Source: Candidatus Hecatella orcuttiae
Lineage (GTDB): Archaea > Thermoproteota > Bathyarchaeia > Hecatellales > Hecatellaceae
Reading direction: 5' to 3'
NCBI GenBank assembly: GCA_002011035.2
Contig: MTLY02000003.1
Span: forward strand, 384,001 to 448,000
DNA: 64,000 bases
The position numbers and the translations under genes were made by a program. Positions 1 through 9,704 of the stretch are shown here, piece by piece (positions within the stretch are counted from its first letter, which is position 1; each line of letters opens with the position of its first letter). The notes beneath the pieces were generated by a model. It was given only the letters and a program-made list of their open reading frames with translations. It had not been told where the DNA came from and did no database searches.

Positions 1-38
1 CCCCGCTTCGACTTAGCCTCCCAGCCGAAGTGAGTCTT

Positions 39-1208
39 CTATTTCAGGTAGATTTCGATGAGGTCGCCGTCTCGGAGAGGGAAGTCCAGCCCCACCTTTT
101 CACCCGGATACTTGGCGGAGGGCCCCCAGAGCTTGGCGTATCGAAACCTTCTCCGCAGGTCGGTGTGGATTCTCGAAGCCGCGTCGGAAACCTTCTCACC
201 CCTCCTGAGGATAAGCGGCTTATCCGGCTCCGGCTGGCCGGGTCTTCGAGGGTAAACCCTCATGATGCCGAGGAAGTCGAAGAGTCTTCGCTTCAGTTCC
301 TCCAAGCCCCCTCCTTCTTTGGCTGAGACTTGGATGAGGGGAAGATTCTCCCCCTCAGATAGGGGGAGGTTTCCCGTATCCTCAGAGGAGGCCAAGTCCG
401 CCTTGTTTACGGCTACCAGCATCGGCTTCTGCACGGTCTTCTGGGAGAGAGCCAGTTTGACGTCTTCCTCCGAAGCTTCGTCCAAGATTTTTATGACAGC
501 GTTCCTGACGTCTTCCTCCGCAGCCAGCCGGGGGACATTCTCTAGGCTGCCGTGAAACTTGTTGGCGCAGAAAACTCTCACCCCGCCTGAGCTGGTGGGT
601 TGCACATCTATCCTAGGCTGCTTCCCTTTGCGGGGGTGGATTCCGAAAGCCTTCAACTCGTCTAGGAGGATTTGAAGCTGCAAGCCGAGGTCTTGGTCCG
701 CCGCCAGCACTAGGAGGATGCCGTCGGAGTTTCTGGCCAAACCTAGGACTTGGGGGCCCCATGCTTTTCCTTCGCTAGCGCCCTCCATGATGGCAGGGGC
801 TTCCACCAAGCTGAGCTGAATGTCTTGGTAGGGCATCATCCCCACCACGGGGGCGAGCGTGGTGTAAGGCCGGTTTCCTATCTCCACCGCCGCGTTGGTC
901 AGAGCTTTCAGCAGCTGACTTTTCCCAACCTGGGTTAGGCCTAGGATGAGGACTTGGGCAGCTCCTGTTTTCTTGATGTCGAAGGCCGTCCTCCCGCTGG
1001 CTCCAGCCTTGGAGCGCCTCCTGTTCTCCAGTTCTTCCCTGAGCTTCGCCAGCTTGGTTTTCAGATGGGACCGAAGCTTCATGGTTCCTTTATGCTCAGG
1101 AATAGACCCGATGTAGGCTTCGAGAGCTCTGATTTTCCCTTCCAGGCTTTTGGCCTCTCGATACTCTCGCTCCAGCTGGGTGCACTTGGCGGGAAGGTTG
1201 GTAGGCAT
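39..1208 (-). CDS. DRG/OBG-family GTP-binding protein with C-terminal TGS domain
   Basis: 389 aa; P-loop GLTQVGKS, PYTT, NKAD, SAK; TGS-like tail RIHTDL...AKLWG. Confidence 0.85.
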   Translation of the reverse strand: MPTNLPAKCTQLEREYREAKSLEGKIRALEAYIGSIPEHKGTMKLRSHLKTKLAKLREELENRRRSKAGASGRTAFDIKKTGAAQVLILGLTQVGKSQLLKALTNAAVEIGNRPYTTLAPVVGMMPYQDIQLSLVEAPAIMEGASEGKAWGPQVLGLARNSDGILLVLAADQDLGLQLQILLDELKAFGIHPRKGKQPRIDVQPTSSGGVRVFCANKFHGSLENVPRLAAEEDVRNAVIKILDEASEEDVKLALSQKTVQKPMLVAVNKADLASSEDTGNLPLSEGENLPLIQVSAKEGGGLEELKRRLFDFLGIMRVYPRRPGQPEPDKPLILRRGEKVSDAASRIHTDLRRRFRYAKLWGPSAKYPGEKVGLDFPLRDGDLIEIYLK

Positions 1209-1229
1209 GGTAGGCCAGAAGATAGGTAG

Positions 1230-1862
1230 CTAACTTTGGCTAATAAGCCTAGCTTCTAAGCAGACTAAGGTCTCAAAAAAGAACCGCTTCTCCTCCACCG
1301 TCCTCACGGAGAAACCGACCGCCTGCAGTCTCCGCACGGTTTCTTCAATTCCCCCAAGGGAGGACTGGACGAGGAGAACCCTTCCCCTGGGCTTGAGGAA
1401 GCAGCCTACCTCCCTGATAAACCTCTCCGTCACTTCCCAGCCTTTCTTACCTCCACACCAAGCCCTACTCAACCAGTCCTGAGGCTCCTTTCCATCAGAA
1501 GGTAAATAGGGAGGATTGAAAACTATCAAGTCGAATTTTTCCCCAAACCGAACCGGCTTGAAGAGGTCGCCCTGTCTAACTTCCACTCGGGCCTCCAAAC
1601 CGTTGGCTTGGGCGTTTGCCTTGGTTGCCTCCACCGCAAAAGGGTTCAAGTCCGTGGCCACAACCCGAGCTGCCTTCCGGGCCGCTAGGAGGGCTATGAG
1701 GCCGCAGCCGCAGCCTACCTCCAAGACCGTTTCACCCCTCTGAAGGAGGAGGTTCTCAGCCAAGAGGAAGGTATCCTCCTTCGGCCTGTAGACTTGGCTT
1801 GGCACCATGAGGGTGAGGCCGCTGTAGGTGAAGGTCCACCGGCCTTCAGGCGAAGATGGCAT
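1230..1862 (-). CDS. HemK2/PrmC-like SAM-dependent methyltransferase
   Basis: VYRPKEDT, LEVGCGCG and FNPPY motifs; follows ksgA in the usual archaeal order. Confidence 0.85.
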   Translation of the reverse strand: MPSSPEGRWTFTYSGLTLMVPSQVYRPKEDTFLLAENLLLQRGETVLEVGCGCGLIALLAARKAARVVATDLNPFAVEATKANAQANGLEARVEVRQGDLFKPVRFGEKFDLIVFNPPYLPSDGKEPQDWLSRAWCGGKKGWEVTERFIREVGCFLKPRGRVLLVQSSLGGIEETVRRLQAVGFSVRTVEEKRFFFETLVCLEARLISQS

Positions 1863-2643
1863 CTGAGACCTCTCCCAGCTCTTCAGGGGTGAGGGTGAAA
1901 ACCTTCCTTTCCAAGTAGGGGGCTTTCTCTAGGCTCAGAGGCCTCATCCTTGAAACCACCCGCAGGGCTTTGCTGAGCTTTCTGTTTTTCTGAGTGAACA
2001 AAAGCCTCACAGCTTCCTCAAAGGCGCCCCAGTTTTTCACTTGAAAGGGAGGCTTCTCCCTCGGCTTGATGCGCACCATCCAGGAGGACACTTGGGGCTT
2101 GGGGTAAAAGGCTTTAGGGGGCACAGGCTCCAGCAGCTCCACTTCCGCCTTGGTGTAGACCATGACGGAGAGCCTTCCGTAGGCTTTCTCCCCCGGCTTA
2201 GCCACCATTCTCTTGGCGAACTCTGTTTGAAAGGTGAAGACACCCAACTCGAAGCTTTCCTCCAGCAGTTTGAAAACCATGGGGGACGCTATGGAGTAGG
2301 GAGGGTTTGAAACAACCTTGTTATAGCAGCCCTTCAAGTTCATCTTCAGGAAATCTCCCCGTCTCAGATCGACTTTTCCCCAGTCCTTAAATTTCTCGGA
2401 GAGGTAACCGCAAAGCCTGGGGTCAGACTCCACAGCCATAACTTTTCCAGCTCTCTCAGCCAAGACTTCCGTGAGAAAACCGAATCCAGCCCCAACCTCC
2501 AAGACTACGTCGCCGCGTTGGAGCTCAGCATAATCAGCCAGCCGAGTCAGAGTTTCCCAGTCTACCATAAAGCTCTGGCCGAACTTCCTCCTCGGCCTGA
2601 CCTTCCACTGCTGGAGAAGTCTCTTAACCTGCTGCGGGGAGAG
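1846..2643 (-). CDS. rsmA: 16S rRNA m6,2A dimethyltransferase RsmA/KsgA; start codon uncertain
   Basis: VLEVGAGFG and SNPPY motifs. The frame stays open upstream of ATG 2568 and encodes RPRRKFGQSF; I placed the start tentatively at CTC 2643 behind GGAGG. Confidence 0.85.
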   Translation of the reverse strand, partial: LSPQQVKRLLQQWKVRPRRKFGQSFMVDWETLTRLADYAELQRGDVVLEVGAGFGFLTEVLAERAGKVMAVESDPRLCGYLSEKFKDWGKVDLRRGDFLKMNLKGCYNKVVSNPPYSIASPMVFKLLEESFELGVFTFQTEFAKRMVAKPGEKAYGRLSVMVYTKAEVELLEPVPPKAFYPKPQVSSWMVRIKPREKPPFQVKNWGAFEEAVRLLFTQKNRKLSKALRVVSRMRPLSLEKAPYLERKVFTLTPEELGEVSDAIFA

Positions 2644-2656
2644 CTGCCTCGCCTCC

Positions 2657-3211
2657 TCAGGGTTGACGGATGAACAGGCGGTACTTGGGAGTGGTGGTCA
2701 GCTCTTCCATAATCCTCTTCACCACCGCCTTCTGGGGGTCGGGCACAGAGGTTCGTTTCTGAAGGTCCGCAAAGCTTTCGAAGGGCTTTTTCTCCCTCTC
2801 GTTCACTATCTGCCACATGTATTTTTTCCCTATGCCTGGGAGCAGTTCGAAGGCATGCATCCTAGGGGTGACCGCTTGGGCTGTGTTGAAAAACTGGACG
2901 AATCTCTGCTCCTGCATTTTGACGATTTCCTCCACCACGTAGGGAAGCTCGCTTTTAGCCGTGGAGGTCAACTCCTCGTAGCTGATCCGGCCGAGGATGT
3001 GGTTGACTTTATCTCTTTTCTCCTTCCCTATGTGAAGGTATTCGTGGAGGTTGACAGTCACCCCCGGCTTGAGAGTAGCCTCTAGAAGGGTGAAATAGTC
3101 CTCCCCCACCAACTGAACCACCGGCTCCGCTACAAATTCGCGGCCGAACATTTTCCCTCGCGGGAGGAAATCTAGGACGAAAGCCATTTCCTCATAGCGG
3201 CGTTTTTCCAT
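2657..3211 (-). CDS. DUF655 family putative RNA-binding protein (HhH)
   Basis: AFVLDFL, FTLLEA, RMHAFELLPGIGKK; conserved position between rpo4 and ksgA. Confidence 0.85.
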   Translation of the reverse strand: MEKRRYEEMAFVLDFLPRGKMFGREFVAEPVVQLVGEDYFTLLEATLKPGVTVNLHEYLHIGKEKRDKVNHILGRISYEELTSTAKSELPYVVEEIVKMQEQRFVQFFNTAQAVTPRMHAFELLPGIGKKYMWQIVNEREKKPFESFADLQKRTSVPDPQKAVVKRIMEELTTTPKYRLFIRQP

Positions 3212-3349
3212 TAAAGCCCCTCAAATATGAAATCAGCCTATTGAAAATATATAAATTAACAGCCCCCCGTTCAGATAGGCAGGCAGCCTCCCCTCAGCAA
3301 TAGCTGGAAACGGACGGGGAAGTGTTCTCCTATCGGCATTTCCGCGTAG

Positions 3350-3676
3350 CTATTTTCTGTACTTATCTAGGAGGCTGAGCATTTCTTGGAGTTTCTCGGT
3401 TGGAATGAGCTTATACCGGGGGAAGAAAACTCTCAGCTCCTCCACGCTCTCAGGCATACAGTTGACTATCTGAACAGCCTCCTTGACCTCGAGGTCAAAG
3501 GAGGACACCAACTCTTCAACCAGCTTTTCCGCATCCTCCGCGTTAACCTTAGAGAAGACATCCAAGTACTCCAAGGTTTTTTTCTGAAACTGGTTTAACT
3601 CCCGACCTAGATTTCGGAGTATCTCCCTCGCCTTTGCGTGGGTGAGAAGCTTGTTTTCCGAAATTTTCAGGGGCAC
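3350..3676 (-). CDS. rpo4: RNA polymerase subunit Rpo4 (RpoF)
   Basis: 108 aa; KKTLEYL...AVQIVNCMPESVEELR; synteny with eL21. Confidence 0.85.
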   Translation of the reverse strand: MPLKISENKLLTHAKAREILRNLGRELNQFQKKTLEYLDVFSKVNAEDAEKLVEELVSSFDLEVKEAVQIVNCMPESVEELRVFFPRYKLIPTEKLQEMLSLLDKYRK

Positions 3677-3688
3677 CTAGCTTTCCCC

Positions 3689-3994
3689 CTAAACCTTGTT
3701 TTCGAAGGTTTTCAGGTGCTCAGGCCGAGCTATTATCTGTCTGGTTTTGCCTCCATCCTGAACTTGAACCACGTAGGCTCTCCCTCGCTGTTGGAGGATT
3801 ACCCCAACCTTGCCGTGGTAGCGCCGGTGAGGCTGTCCCTTATGCACCGCAGGGTCGATGGAGAGCACAACCTTGTCTCCTGTCCTGTATTTTCTCAGCA
3901 GGTATCCCAGAGGTTTGAGTCCCCGGCTTCTCCGAGGCTTTCTCAGCAGGTTCCTCGTCCTAGACCGGTAGCCCTTAGACTTCATCTTCCTCAC
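3689..3994 (-). CDS. rpl21e: 50S ribosomal protein eL21
   Basis: SKGYRSRTR...GQPHRRYHGK...RPEHL. Confidence 0.95.
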   Translation of the reverse strand: MRKMKSKGYRSRTRNLLRKPRRSRGLKPLGYLLRKYRTGDKVVLSIDPAVHKGQPHRRYHGKVGVILQQRGRAYVVQVQDGGKTRQIIARPEHLKTFENKV

Positions 3995-5312
3995 CGCCGA
4001 TATCTATCACGGAAAGCCTCAGGCATTTAACCTTTTTTCCCAGCACCTCGGCGATGCTGGGAGTCGTTCTACCCTCATCCCCGTCCACCAGTTCTTTTAC
4101 ATAGAGGCCGCCTTGACATTTTAGGGTTACTTCAAACCTGCTGTCTGAAAGCTTTTCAGCTTTCAAACTGTAGACCCGCCGCTCTCGCTCCTTGTCTGCT
4201 CTCCGGTGGAGCACCCTCCTGGGTGTGAGCTGTCGGATAACCCTATCTGTGAAGGCTTTTTCCACAGCGTCCAGGTCTTCCTCCGTCAGCCTCTCTGTTG
4301 ACTCTACTAGGAAGCGGTAGACTTTAGGGCTTGCCTCTGCCGCTTTGACCCTTCTGACAGCGTCTTTGCCTGCGAGCTTGAGGTCTAGAACCTCCACCCT
4401 GCCCCCTGCGTTCACCTCCCTCCTAACTCTTTCAAGGTCGATGAAGCGTCTTCGAGGGTTTTTCACCTCCACGACGAAGGGTCTTCCGCTGCCTAAAACC
4501 TGAGCGTCGATGTCTTCGCGGCCTCCTGCGTGGAATTCAGCGCCCTCTCCCTCCGTCAGCTTCAAGATGGGAGCTTCTAGGATTTCTTGAACTGATTCAG
4601 GGTATTTTTTACCTGTGCCCCCGCAGAAGCTACAGCCCTTGCCTCCGCATCTTCGGCAAAGCCAACGGGACTGAGGGATCCCCGTGACCAGTTTCCGGTA
4701 TCGACCTTCAACGAAAAGGGGGTTAGCCTTCAAGGTGAACTCGTTTTTGAAGGGGGAGACTGTGACCACGAGCTCCGGGTTGGCGAAGTCCGCCTGTTTA
4801 CCTGTGAGCTTCGACAGGGTCTTCCCGATTTCCCGGGTGAATTCGCTTTTCATGCTTTCCCCCCACTCCGCCCCGCACCGCGCCCTTACCGAGTCCTCCG
4901 CCTCCAGAAGCTGAGCGGGAATCTTGGCTCCCACCAGAAAGGTGTTGAATTCAAACTCCTTGGCTTTTTCAGCAATCTCCGCTGCGAGCTGGGGGATTTC
5001 TTGAATTTTTCCCCTGCAGAGCTGACATTTCTCTTTTTTCCCCTTTCCTGCTTCAACCCCCAGCCTCCGAAGGGTCTGCGCGGCGGCTTCAAACATGCCG
5101 TGAGCGGCCAGTTTTCTGAGAAGCCTCACCCCGGCTTTATCCTCTGCCTGAATCATGCTGTGGGCCTCTAGGAGGAGGGTGTTTTTCAGCGACCGGCCTC
5201 TCTCCGCATTGTCCATCCCATGGCCTAAGGTGGCGAACTGTCTTCCGAGGCAGTTGTCGCAGAGGCGGTATTCTTCCAGCAGTCTCTGAGCCGCGTCCAG
5301 TATTCCGCCCAC
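3975..5312 (-). CDS. pus10: tRNA pseudouridine(54/55) synthase Pus10
   Basis: LCDNCLGRQF, GRYRKL...QSRW, GREDID, GGLYVKELV. Confidence 0.92.
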   Translation of the reverse strand: MGGILDAAQRLLEEYRLCDNCLGRQFATLGHGMDNAERGRSLKNTLLLEAHSMIQAEDKAGVRLLRKLAAHGMFEAAAQTLRRLGVEAGKGKKEKCQLCRGKIQEIPQLAAEIAEKAKEFEFNTFLVGAKIPAQLLEAEDSVRARCGAEWGESMKSEFTREIGKTLSKLTGKQADFANPELVVTVSPFKNEFTLKANPLFVEGRYRKLVTGIPQSRWLCRRCGGKGCSFCGGTGKKYPESVQEILEAPILKLTEGEGAEFHAGGREDIDAQVLGSGRPFVVEVKNPRRRFIDLERVRREVNAGGRVEVLDLKLAGKDAVRRVKAAEASPKVYRFLVESTERLTEEDLDAVEKAFTDRVIRQLTPRRVLHRRADKERERRVYSLKAEKLSDSRFEVTLKCQGGLYVKELVDGDEGRTTPSIAEVLGKKVKCLRLSVIDIGGEEDEV

Positions 5313-5414
5313 TTCATGTCCCCCGTGAGGGTTTATCCTTCCAGTAGGTTTAGGTGGTGGAGAAATTTAAAGGGTAAAAGAGAAACCCCTCCACCAAGCC
5401 GGCTGGTTTGCTGT

Positions 5415-6644
5415 TTACTGGGAGAAGAGACCTCGAAGGTCCTCTATTTGGCTTAGGAATTCCGCCAAAGACTCCTTGTGAGACTTGTCCAGGTAGCTTC
5501 CATGCTTGCTGAGAGCGGCTCCGAGTTCGTAGAGAAGCCTGCTAAGCCTGCCGATGCCTATGCCGTTTAAGATTAAATCCTGCAGCCGTGCTCCCGTGTC
5601 TATATCCCCGCCCATCCAGCTTTTTTTCCACTTTTTTTCATACTTCTCCAAGGCCTCAGCCGAGCAGTCGCCTTCGCCTAAAGCCTCCGCCGCCACCTCC
5701 GCAGCCAGTTTACCGGAGAAGACAGCTGCCTCGTAGCCTGCTCCATCCATAGGGCAGACGAAACCCGCTGCGTCTCCGACGAGGAGCACGCCGTGAGCGT
5801 AGGTTTTCCCCTGAGGACCGTAAACGGGGACGGTGTGAACAGAGTGCTGGAACACGGTAGCGCCTTGGGTCAGCTTCCTTACTAGGGGGAAGTCCAAGAA
5901 GTTTGAAAGACGGTTTTCAATGCTTTCTTCGAGCACGTCGAGAGCGGAGCCTACTCCCACGCAGAAATCTTCTTTGGACGGGAAAATCCACCCGTAGCCT
6001 TTTGGTGAGATTTTCTCACTGAGGAATATCTTCAACTCTCCGCCATCGTTCTCGTCGCAAAACCTCCGAGTAATCTCCTCCTCAGACAGGAGGTAGGTGT
6101 GCTTGACGCAGAGGGCGAGGGCGTTAAGCGGCCACCTAGACCTGAGGCTTGCTTTCAATGCGACGGTGGAGTTGGAGCCGTCGGCTCCGATGACCACTGA
6201 GGAATAGAATTTCTCTCCCCCCTCAGCCGCCACGCCTACTACGTGGTTCTGTTTGTCGAAGAGCAGGTTCTCGACGAGGGTGGAGGTCTTCAGCGTAGCT
6301 CCTGCAGCCTCCGCAAAGCCTGAAGTCCACCTATCCCAGCTGGGTCTGTGCACGGTGAAGCCGTATTCCCCGTTTCGGCGGCTGAACTTGAGCTCAGTGA
6401 GCTTATCTTCGTGGAGAAAATGGAAGCCCCACTTGGTCATGGCTCTCTCCACCGGGCCTTCCTTCATCCAAGGGAACCTCTGGAATATGCTGATGGGGAG
6501 AAACTCGCCTCCCACGCTTTTGTCGCCGGGCTGCCTCCCCCGCTCTAGGAGGAGAACCTTCAACCCCTTTTCCGCGGCTGTTTTTGCCGCTAGGATTCCA
6601 GAAGGCCCGGCTCCCACCACCACAATGTCGTATTTTTCAGCCAA
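5415..6644 (-). CDS. Geranylgeranyl reductase-family FAD-dependent oxidoreductase
   Basis: VVVGAGPSG, GADG, GYGWIFP, LLVGDAAG. Confidence 0.75.
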   Translation of the reverse strand: MAEKYDIVVVGAGPSGILAAKTAAEKGLKVLLLERGRQPGDKSVGGEFLPISIFQRFPWMKEGPVERAMTKWGFHFLHEDKLTELKFSRRNGEYGFTVHRPSWDRWTSGFAEAAGATLKTSTLVENLLFDKQNHVVGVAAEGGEKFYSSVVIGADGSNSTVALKASLRSRWPLNALALCVKHTYLLSEEEITRRFCDENDGGELKIFLSEKISPKGYGWIFPSKEDFCVGVGSALDVLEESIENRLSNFLDFPLVRKLTQGATVFQHSVHTVPVYGPQGKTYAHGVLLVGDAAGFVCPMDGAGYEAAVFSGKLAAEVAAEALGEGDCSAEALEKYEKKWKKSWMGGDIDTGARLQDLILNGIGIGRLSRLLYELGAALSKHGSYLDKSHKESLAEFLSQIEDLRGLFSQ

Positions 6645-6818
6645 GGTTATGGCTCCGCGAAGGTGAAATTTTTTCGCTTAGAACTAGGATAAGTTTCGAA
6701 TATTAAAACTTAACAGCAACCTCAAAATCTCTGCCTACCAATTAAGTATAGGCAGCCACAGCGGAGGAGCAGCTGCCTTCTAGGAGTTTGACCGACCTCG
6801 AAGGGAAGGCTGAAGGCG

Positions 6819-8003
6819 ATGAAACTTGAGTTTCCCACCATGTGGGCGGAGGAAGGGAAAGCCAGATTCATGGTTCCCGCGTCCAAGCCTAAACCTCAAG
6901 GCCCGGGGTCCGCTGAGGCTCCTGTTTTCTACAACCCCGTCATGGAGTTGAACAGAGACTTCGCGGTGCTCTTCCTCCAAGCCTTCGGAACTTCAGCTTC
7001 CAGAGAGCTGGAAGTATGCGAGCCCTTAACTGGCTGCGGGGTGAGAGGCATCAGATTCGCCCTCGAAGTGGATAGGGTGAAAAAAGTGTGGGTGAACGAC
7101 CTAAACCCCCAAGCCGCAGCCCTAGCTCAACTTAACGTAAGGGAGGCTGGAGTTGAAGCTAAGGTCGAAGTATCCCGAGAGGACGCCAATGTCTTCCTCA
7201 GCAGCCATGGGAAACCCGGCAGCCGTTTTGACTACATCGACGTGGACCCCTACGGTTCACCCGTACCCTACTTGGACTCGAGTTTGAGAGCCCTCAAGGC
7301 GGGAGGGGTTCTAGCCCTTACCGCCACCGATATGGCTCCCCTCTGCGGAGTTCACCCAAAAGCCTGCCTGAGGCGTTACGGGGCGAAACCCCTCCGAACC
7401 GAATACTGCCATGAGTTGGCGGCCAGAATCCTTGTGGGCTCCGCAGTCCTCACGGCAGCCAGGGTGGACATCGCGCTTAAGCCTTTGTTCACCCATTCCA
7501 GCGACCACTACGTCCGAGCCTACTTGGCGATGGAAAGAGGAGCCGGTAAAGCGGACCGGAGCCTCAGCCAGCTGGGCTATTTTCACCACTGCTTTCGATG
7601 TCTGAGCCGCCGGCAGGCTCCGGGTCTTTTCCCAAAGCTGGAGGCTCGATGCAAAAACTGCGGAAGCCCCCTAGACTACGCGGGGCCTCTGTGGATAGGG
7701 AAACTCTGGAGCCGAGAAATCTTGGAGACGATGTTCAAAGCTCTTGGAAAGATGAGGCTGAGGCAGATGCACCGTTTGAAGGGGGTTCTCCGAAAAATCG
7801 GAGAAGAAGCCGATAGGGGTCCCGGCTACTACGTGGTAAGCCGGCTCTGCGAGCTGTGGAAATGCCCTCCTCCTCCCTTCGCTAAACTGCTTCAGAGGCT
7901 CCGAACCCTAGGCTTCCCAGCTGCGGGAACCCATTTCCACCCCCTAGGCTTGAAAACGGAGGCCCCCCTAGACCTGCTGAGAAGAGTCCTCACGGAAGCC
8001 TAG
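6819..8003 (+). CDS. trm1: tRNA (guanine26-N2)-dimethyltransferase Trm1
   Basis: VFYNPVMELNRD, GVRGIR, DVDPYGSP, TATD, Cys pairs, GPLW. Confidence 0.93.
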   Translation: MKLEFPTMWAEEGKARFMVPASKPKPQGPGSAEAPVFYNPVMELNRDFAVLFLQAFGTSASRELEVCEPLTGCGVRGIRFALEVDRVKKVWVNDLNPQAAALAQLNVREAGVEAKVEVSREDANVFLSSHGKPGSRFDYIDVDPYGSPVPYLDSSLRALKAGGVLALTATDMAPLCGVHPKACLRRYGAKPLRTEYCHELAARILVGSAVLTAARVDIALKPLFTHSSDHYVRAYLAMERGAGKADRSLSQLGYFHHCFRCLSRRQAPGLFPKLEARCKNCGSPLDYAGPLWIGKLWSREILETMFKALGKMRLRQMHRLKGVLRKIGEEADRGPGYYVVSRLCELWKCPPPPFAKLLQRLRTLGFPAAGTHFHPLGLKTEAPLDLLRRVLTEA

Positions 8004-8594
8004 GCCTAGGAAGTAGAGCTCAGAGCTTCTAGCCCGGCTGGCTTGGGGTTTGAAAACCCTCACCACCTCGAAGGCCTGCTTAAGCTCCCTTTGAAACTCT
8101 TTGGTCAGAGGGCCTTCGAAAACCTTGACCATGCAAACGCCCCCTTTCCGGAGGACTGCCTTAGCCAAGGTGAAGGCAGCCTGAGCCAGCTCTATCTGCC
8201 GGGCGTGGTCGACTTCCCAGACTCCTGAAATGTTGGGGGAAGCGTCGGATAGGACCACATCCACCTTGGTCTTGAAAGCTTCAAGAATCTTGGAGGGAAG
8301 ACTCGGGTCTAAGACATCGCCCACCATAAACCGGATGTTAGTCGCCTTCAGGGGGGCGACGGGTTTCACGTCTACGCCCAGCACCTCGCCTTTATCTCCG
8401 ACCAGCCGGCCGGCTGCCTGAAGCCAGCCGCCTGGGGCGCTACCGAGGTCTACAACCCTATCCCCCGGCTTGATGAACCTGTATTTTCCGTTGGCTTGAA
8501 GAAGCTTGTAGGCCGCTCGGCTACGGTAGCCTTCCGCTTTGGCTTTCTTGTAGTAAAAATCCCTCTTTCTCTCCTGCTTCCAGTTTCTACCCAT
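7968..8594 (-). CDS. rlmE: 23S rRNA 2'-O-methyltransferase RlmE/RrmJ (FtsJ family)
   Basis: YRSRAAYKL, DLGSAPGGW, SDASP, SRARSSELY. Confidence 0.92.
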   Translation of the reverse strand: MGRNWKQERKRDFYYKKAKAEGYRSRAAYKLLQANGKYRFIKPGDRVVDLGSAPGGWLQAAGRLVGDKGEVLGVDVKPVAPLKATNIRFMVGDVLDPSLPSKILEAFKTKVDVVLSDASPNISGVWEVDHARQIELAQAAFTLAKAVLRKGGVCMVKVFEGPLTKEFQRELKQAFEVVRVFKPQASRARSSELYFLGLGFREDSSQQV

Positions 8595-8958
8595 CCTGTT
8601 TTCTCCCAGCCTCCCTTTCCACCCACTGGTTCAGCCTTGGACATGTGCAGGGGGAAAGGGGGTTTCCGGCGCCGCATTTTTCTTGGAGATAGCAGAAGCC
8701 GCAGGGCAGCTCTATGAGGGTGTCCACGGTGATGGCTTTCTTCTTGGCCACCAGCTTGTAGGTCCATTTGCCTTCGTGGAGGATGCGCTGCCTCTCAACA
8801 AGCCCCGCTCTCTCCAGTCTCATGGAAATCCGAGAGCCTTCCCTGCTGGTGGCCTTTATCAGCTTCCAAAGCTGGCTTTGGAGGATCCCCTCTTGGCCTT
8901 TCTCCTTGATCATCCGAAGGATCTCGTATTCGAGATTCTCATGCCTCTTGCCGGACAA
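8587..8958 (-). CDS. TFE-beta / RPC34-like winged-helix protein with C-terminal Cys (Fe-S) motif
   Basis: GILQSQLWK wHTH plus PCGFC-x5-C-x7-PCTC-x5-W. Confidence 0.7.
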   Translation of the reverse strand: MSGKRHENLEYEILRMIKEKGQEGILQSQLWKLIKATSREGSRISMRLERAGLVERQRILHEGKWTYKLVAKKKAITVDTLIELPCGFCYLQEKCGAGNPLSPCTCPRLNQWVEREAGRKQDG

Positions 8959-9130
8959 GGGAAAGCTCCTGCTTCCAGCCGATGTTTCCCGAAATCCTAG
9001 GAAACATCACTCTTAAGATTTAATTGGAGGGCACGGTGTAAAAAGCTTTAGCCTAACAAACAGCAAACGCCACCCAACGCTTTAGACTTTTAGGAAAAAA
9101 TCTCCCCTAACCCTCCCCTGGGGTTAAAAT

Positions 9131-9580
9131 TCAGCTGAGCTTTGCTGTGGGAGGTAGGTCGAAGGCGATGGTGAGGAGGGATTTGAGTTTACCGAGAAGC
9201 TCGAAGACTTGAAGCCTATAAAGGTAGAGGTCTTTCTCCCCTTCATCCAAGTTTAAAAGTCTGCTGACCAAGGCTTTCTCAGCTCTGCCCCCTAGGATGA
9301 AGTATACGCCCTTCCCCAGTTCCAGTCTTCTCACAACCACGATGGGGAGAAAGAGGGAGCCGTGAAGCTCGGCAGGCATCACCTTAGCCACAGTTTCGAT
9401 GTCCTGCCGTCGGAAGCAGATTTTGCTTCCGTCCACAGCCTCCACTGAGGGTTCCTCCTCCCGGAGAAGCTGACCTAAGGTTTTACGGGTCTTGGGCAGA
9501 TGCTTGTTAAGCCTCTCCACCATGTGCTCCACTTGGGAGAGGTAGCGTTCATACCGTTGGTTCAGCCACACAGCTTCCAC
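9131..9580 (-). CDS. DUF61 (UPF0216) family protein
   Basis: LNKHLP..RKTL.QLL.EEEP....DGS pattern; LPIVV. Confidence 0.65.
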   Translation of the reverse strand: MEAVWLNQRYERYLSQVEHMVERLNKHLPKTRKTLGQLLREEEPSVEAVDGSKICFRRQDIETVAKVMPAELHGSLFLPIVVVRRLELGKGVYFILGGRAEKALVSRLLNLDEGEKDLYLYRLQVFELLGKLKSLLTIAFDLPPTAKLS

Positions 9581-9704
9581 CCCCTTCCCAGGGGGGCGCA
9601 GTCAAGATCTCCGTCCCCTTGGGAAGCTAAAGGTTTTACCCCGCCGGCTTTCAGCTGGGAACTTCTCCATAAATGTTTATGAGCATCTGTGGATATGAAA
9701 ACTC

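Noticed and set aside
3255-3345. GC-rich partial hairpin between rpo4 and DUF655 as a C/D or H/ACA RNA
   Set aside because: No convincing C/D boxes, K-turn or ACA tail.
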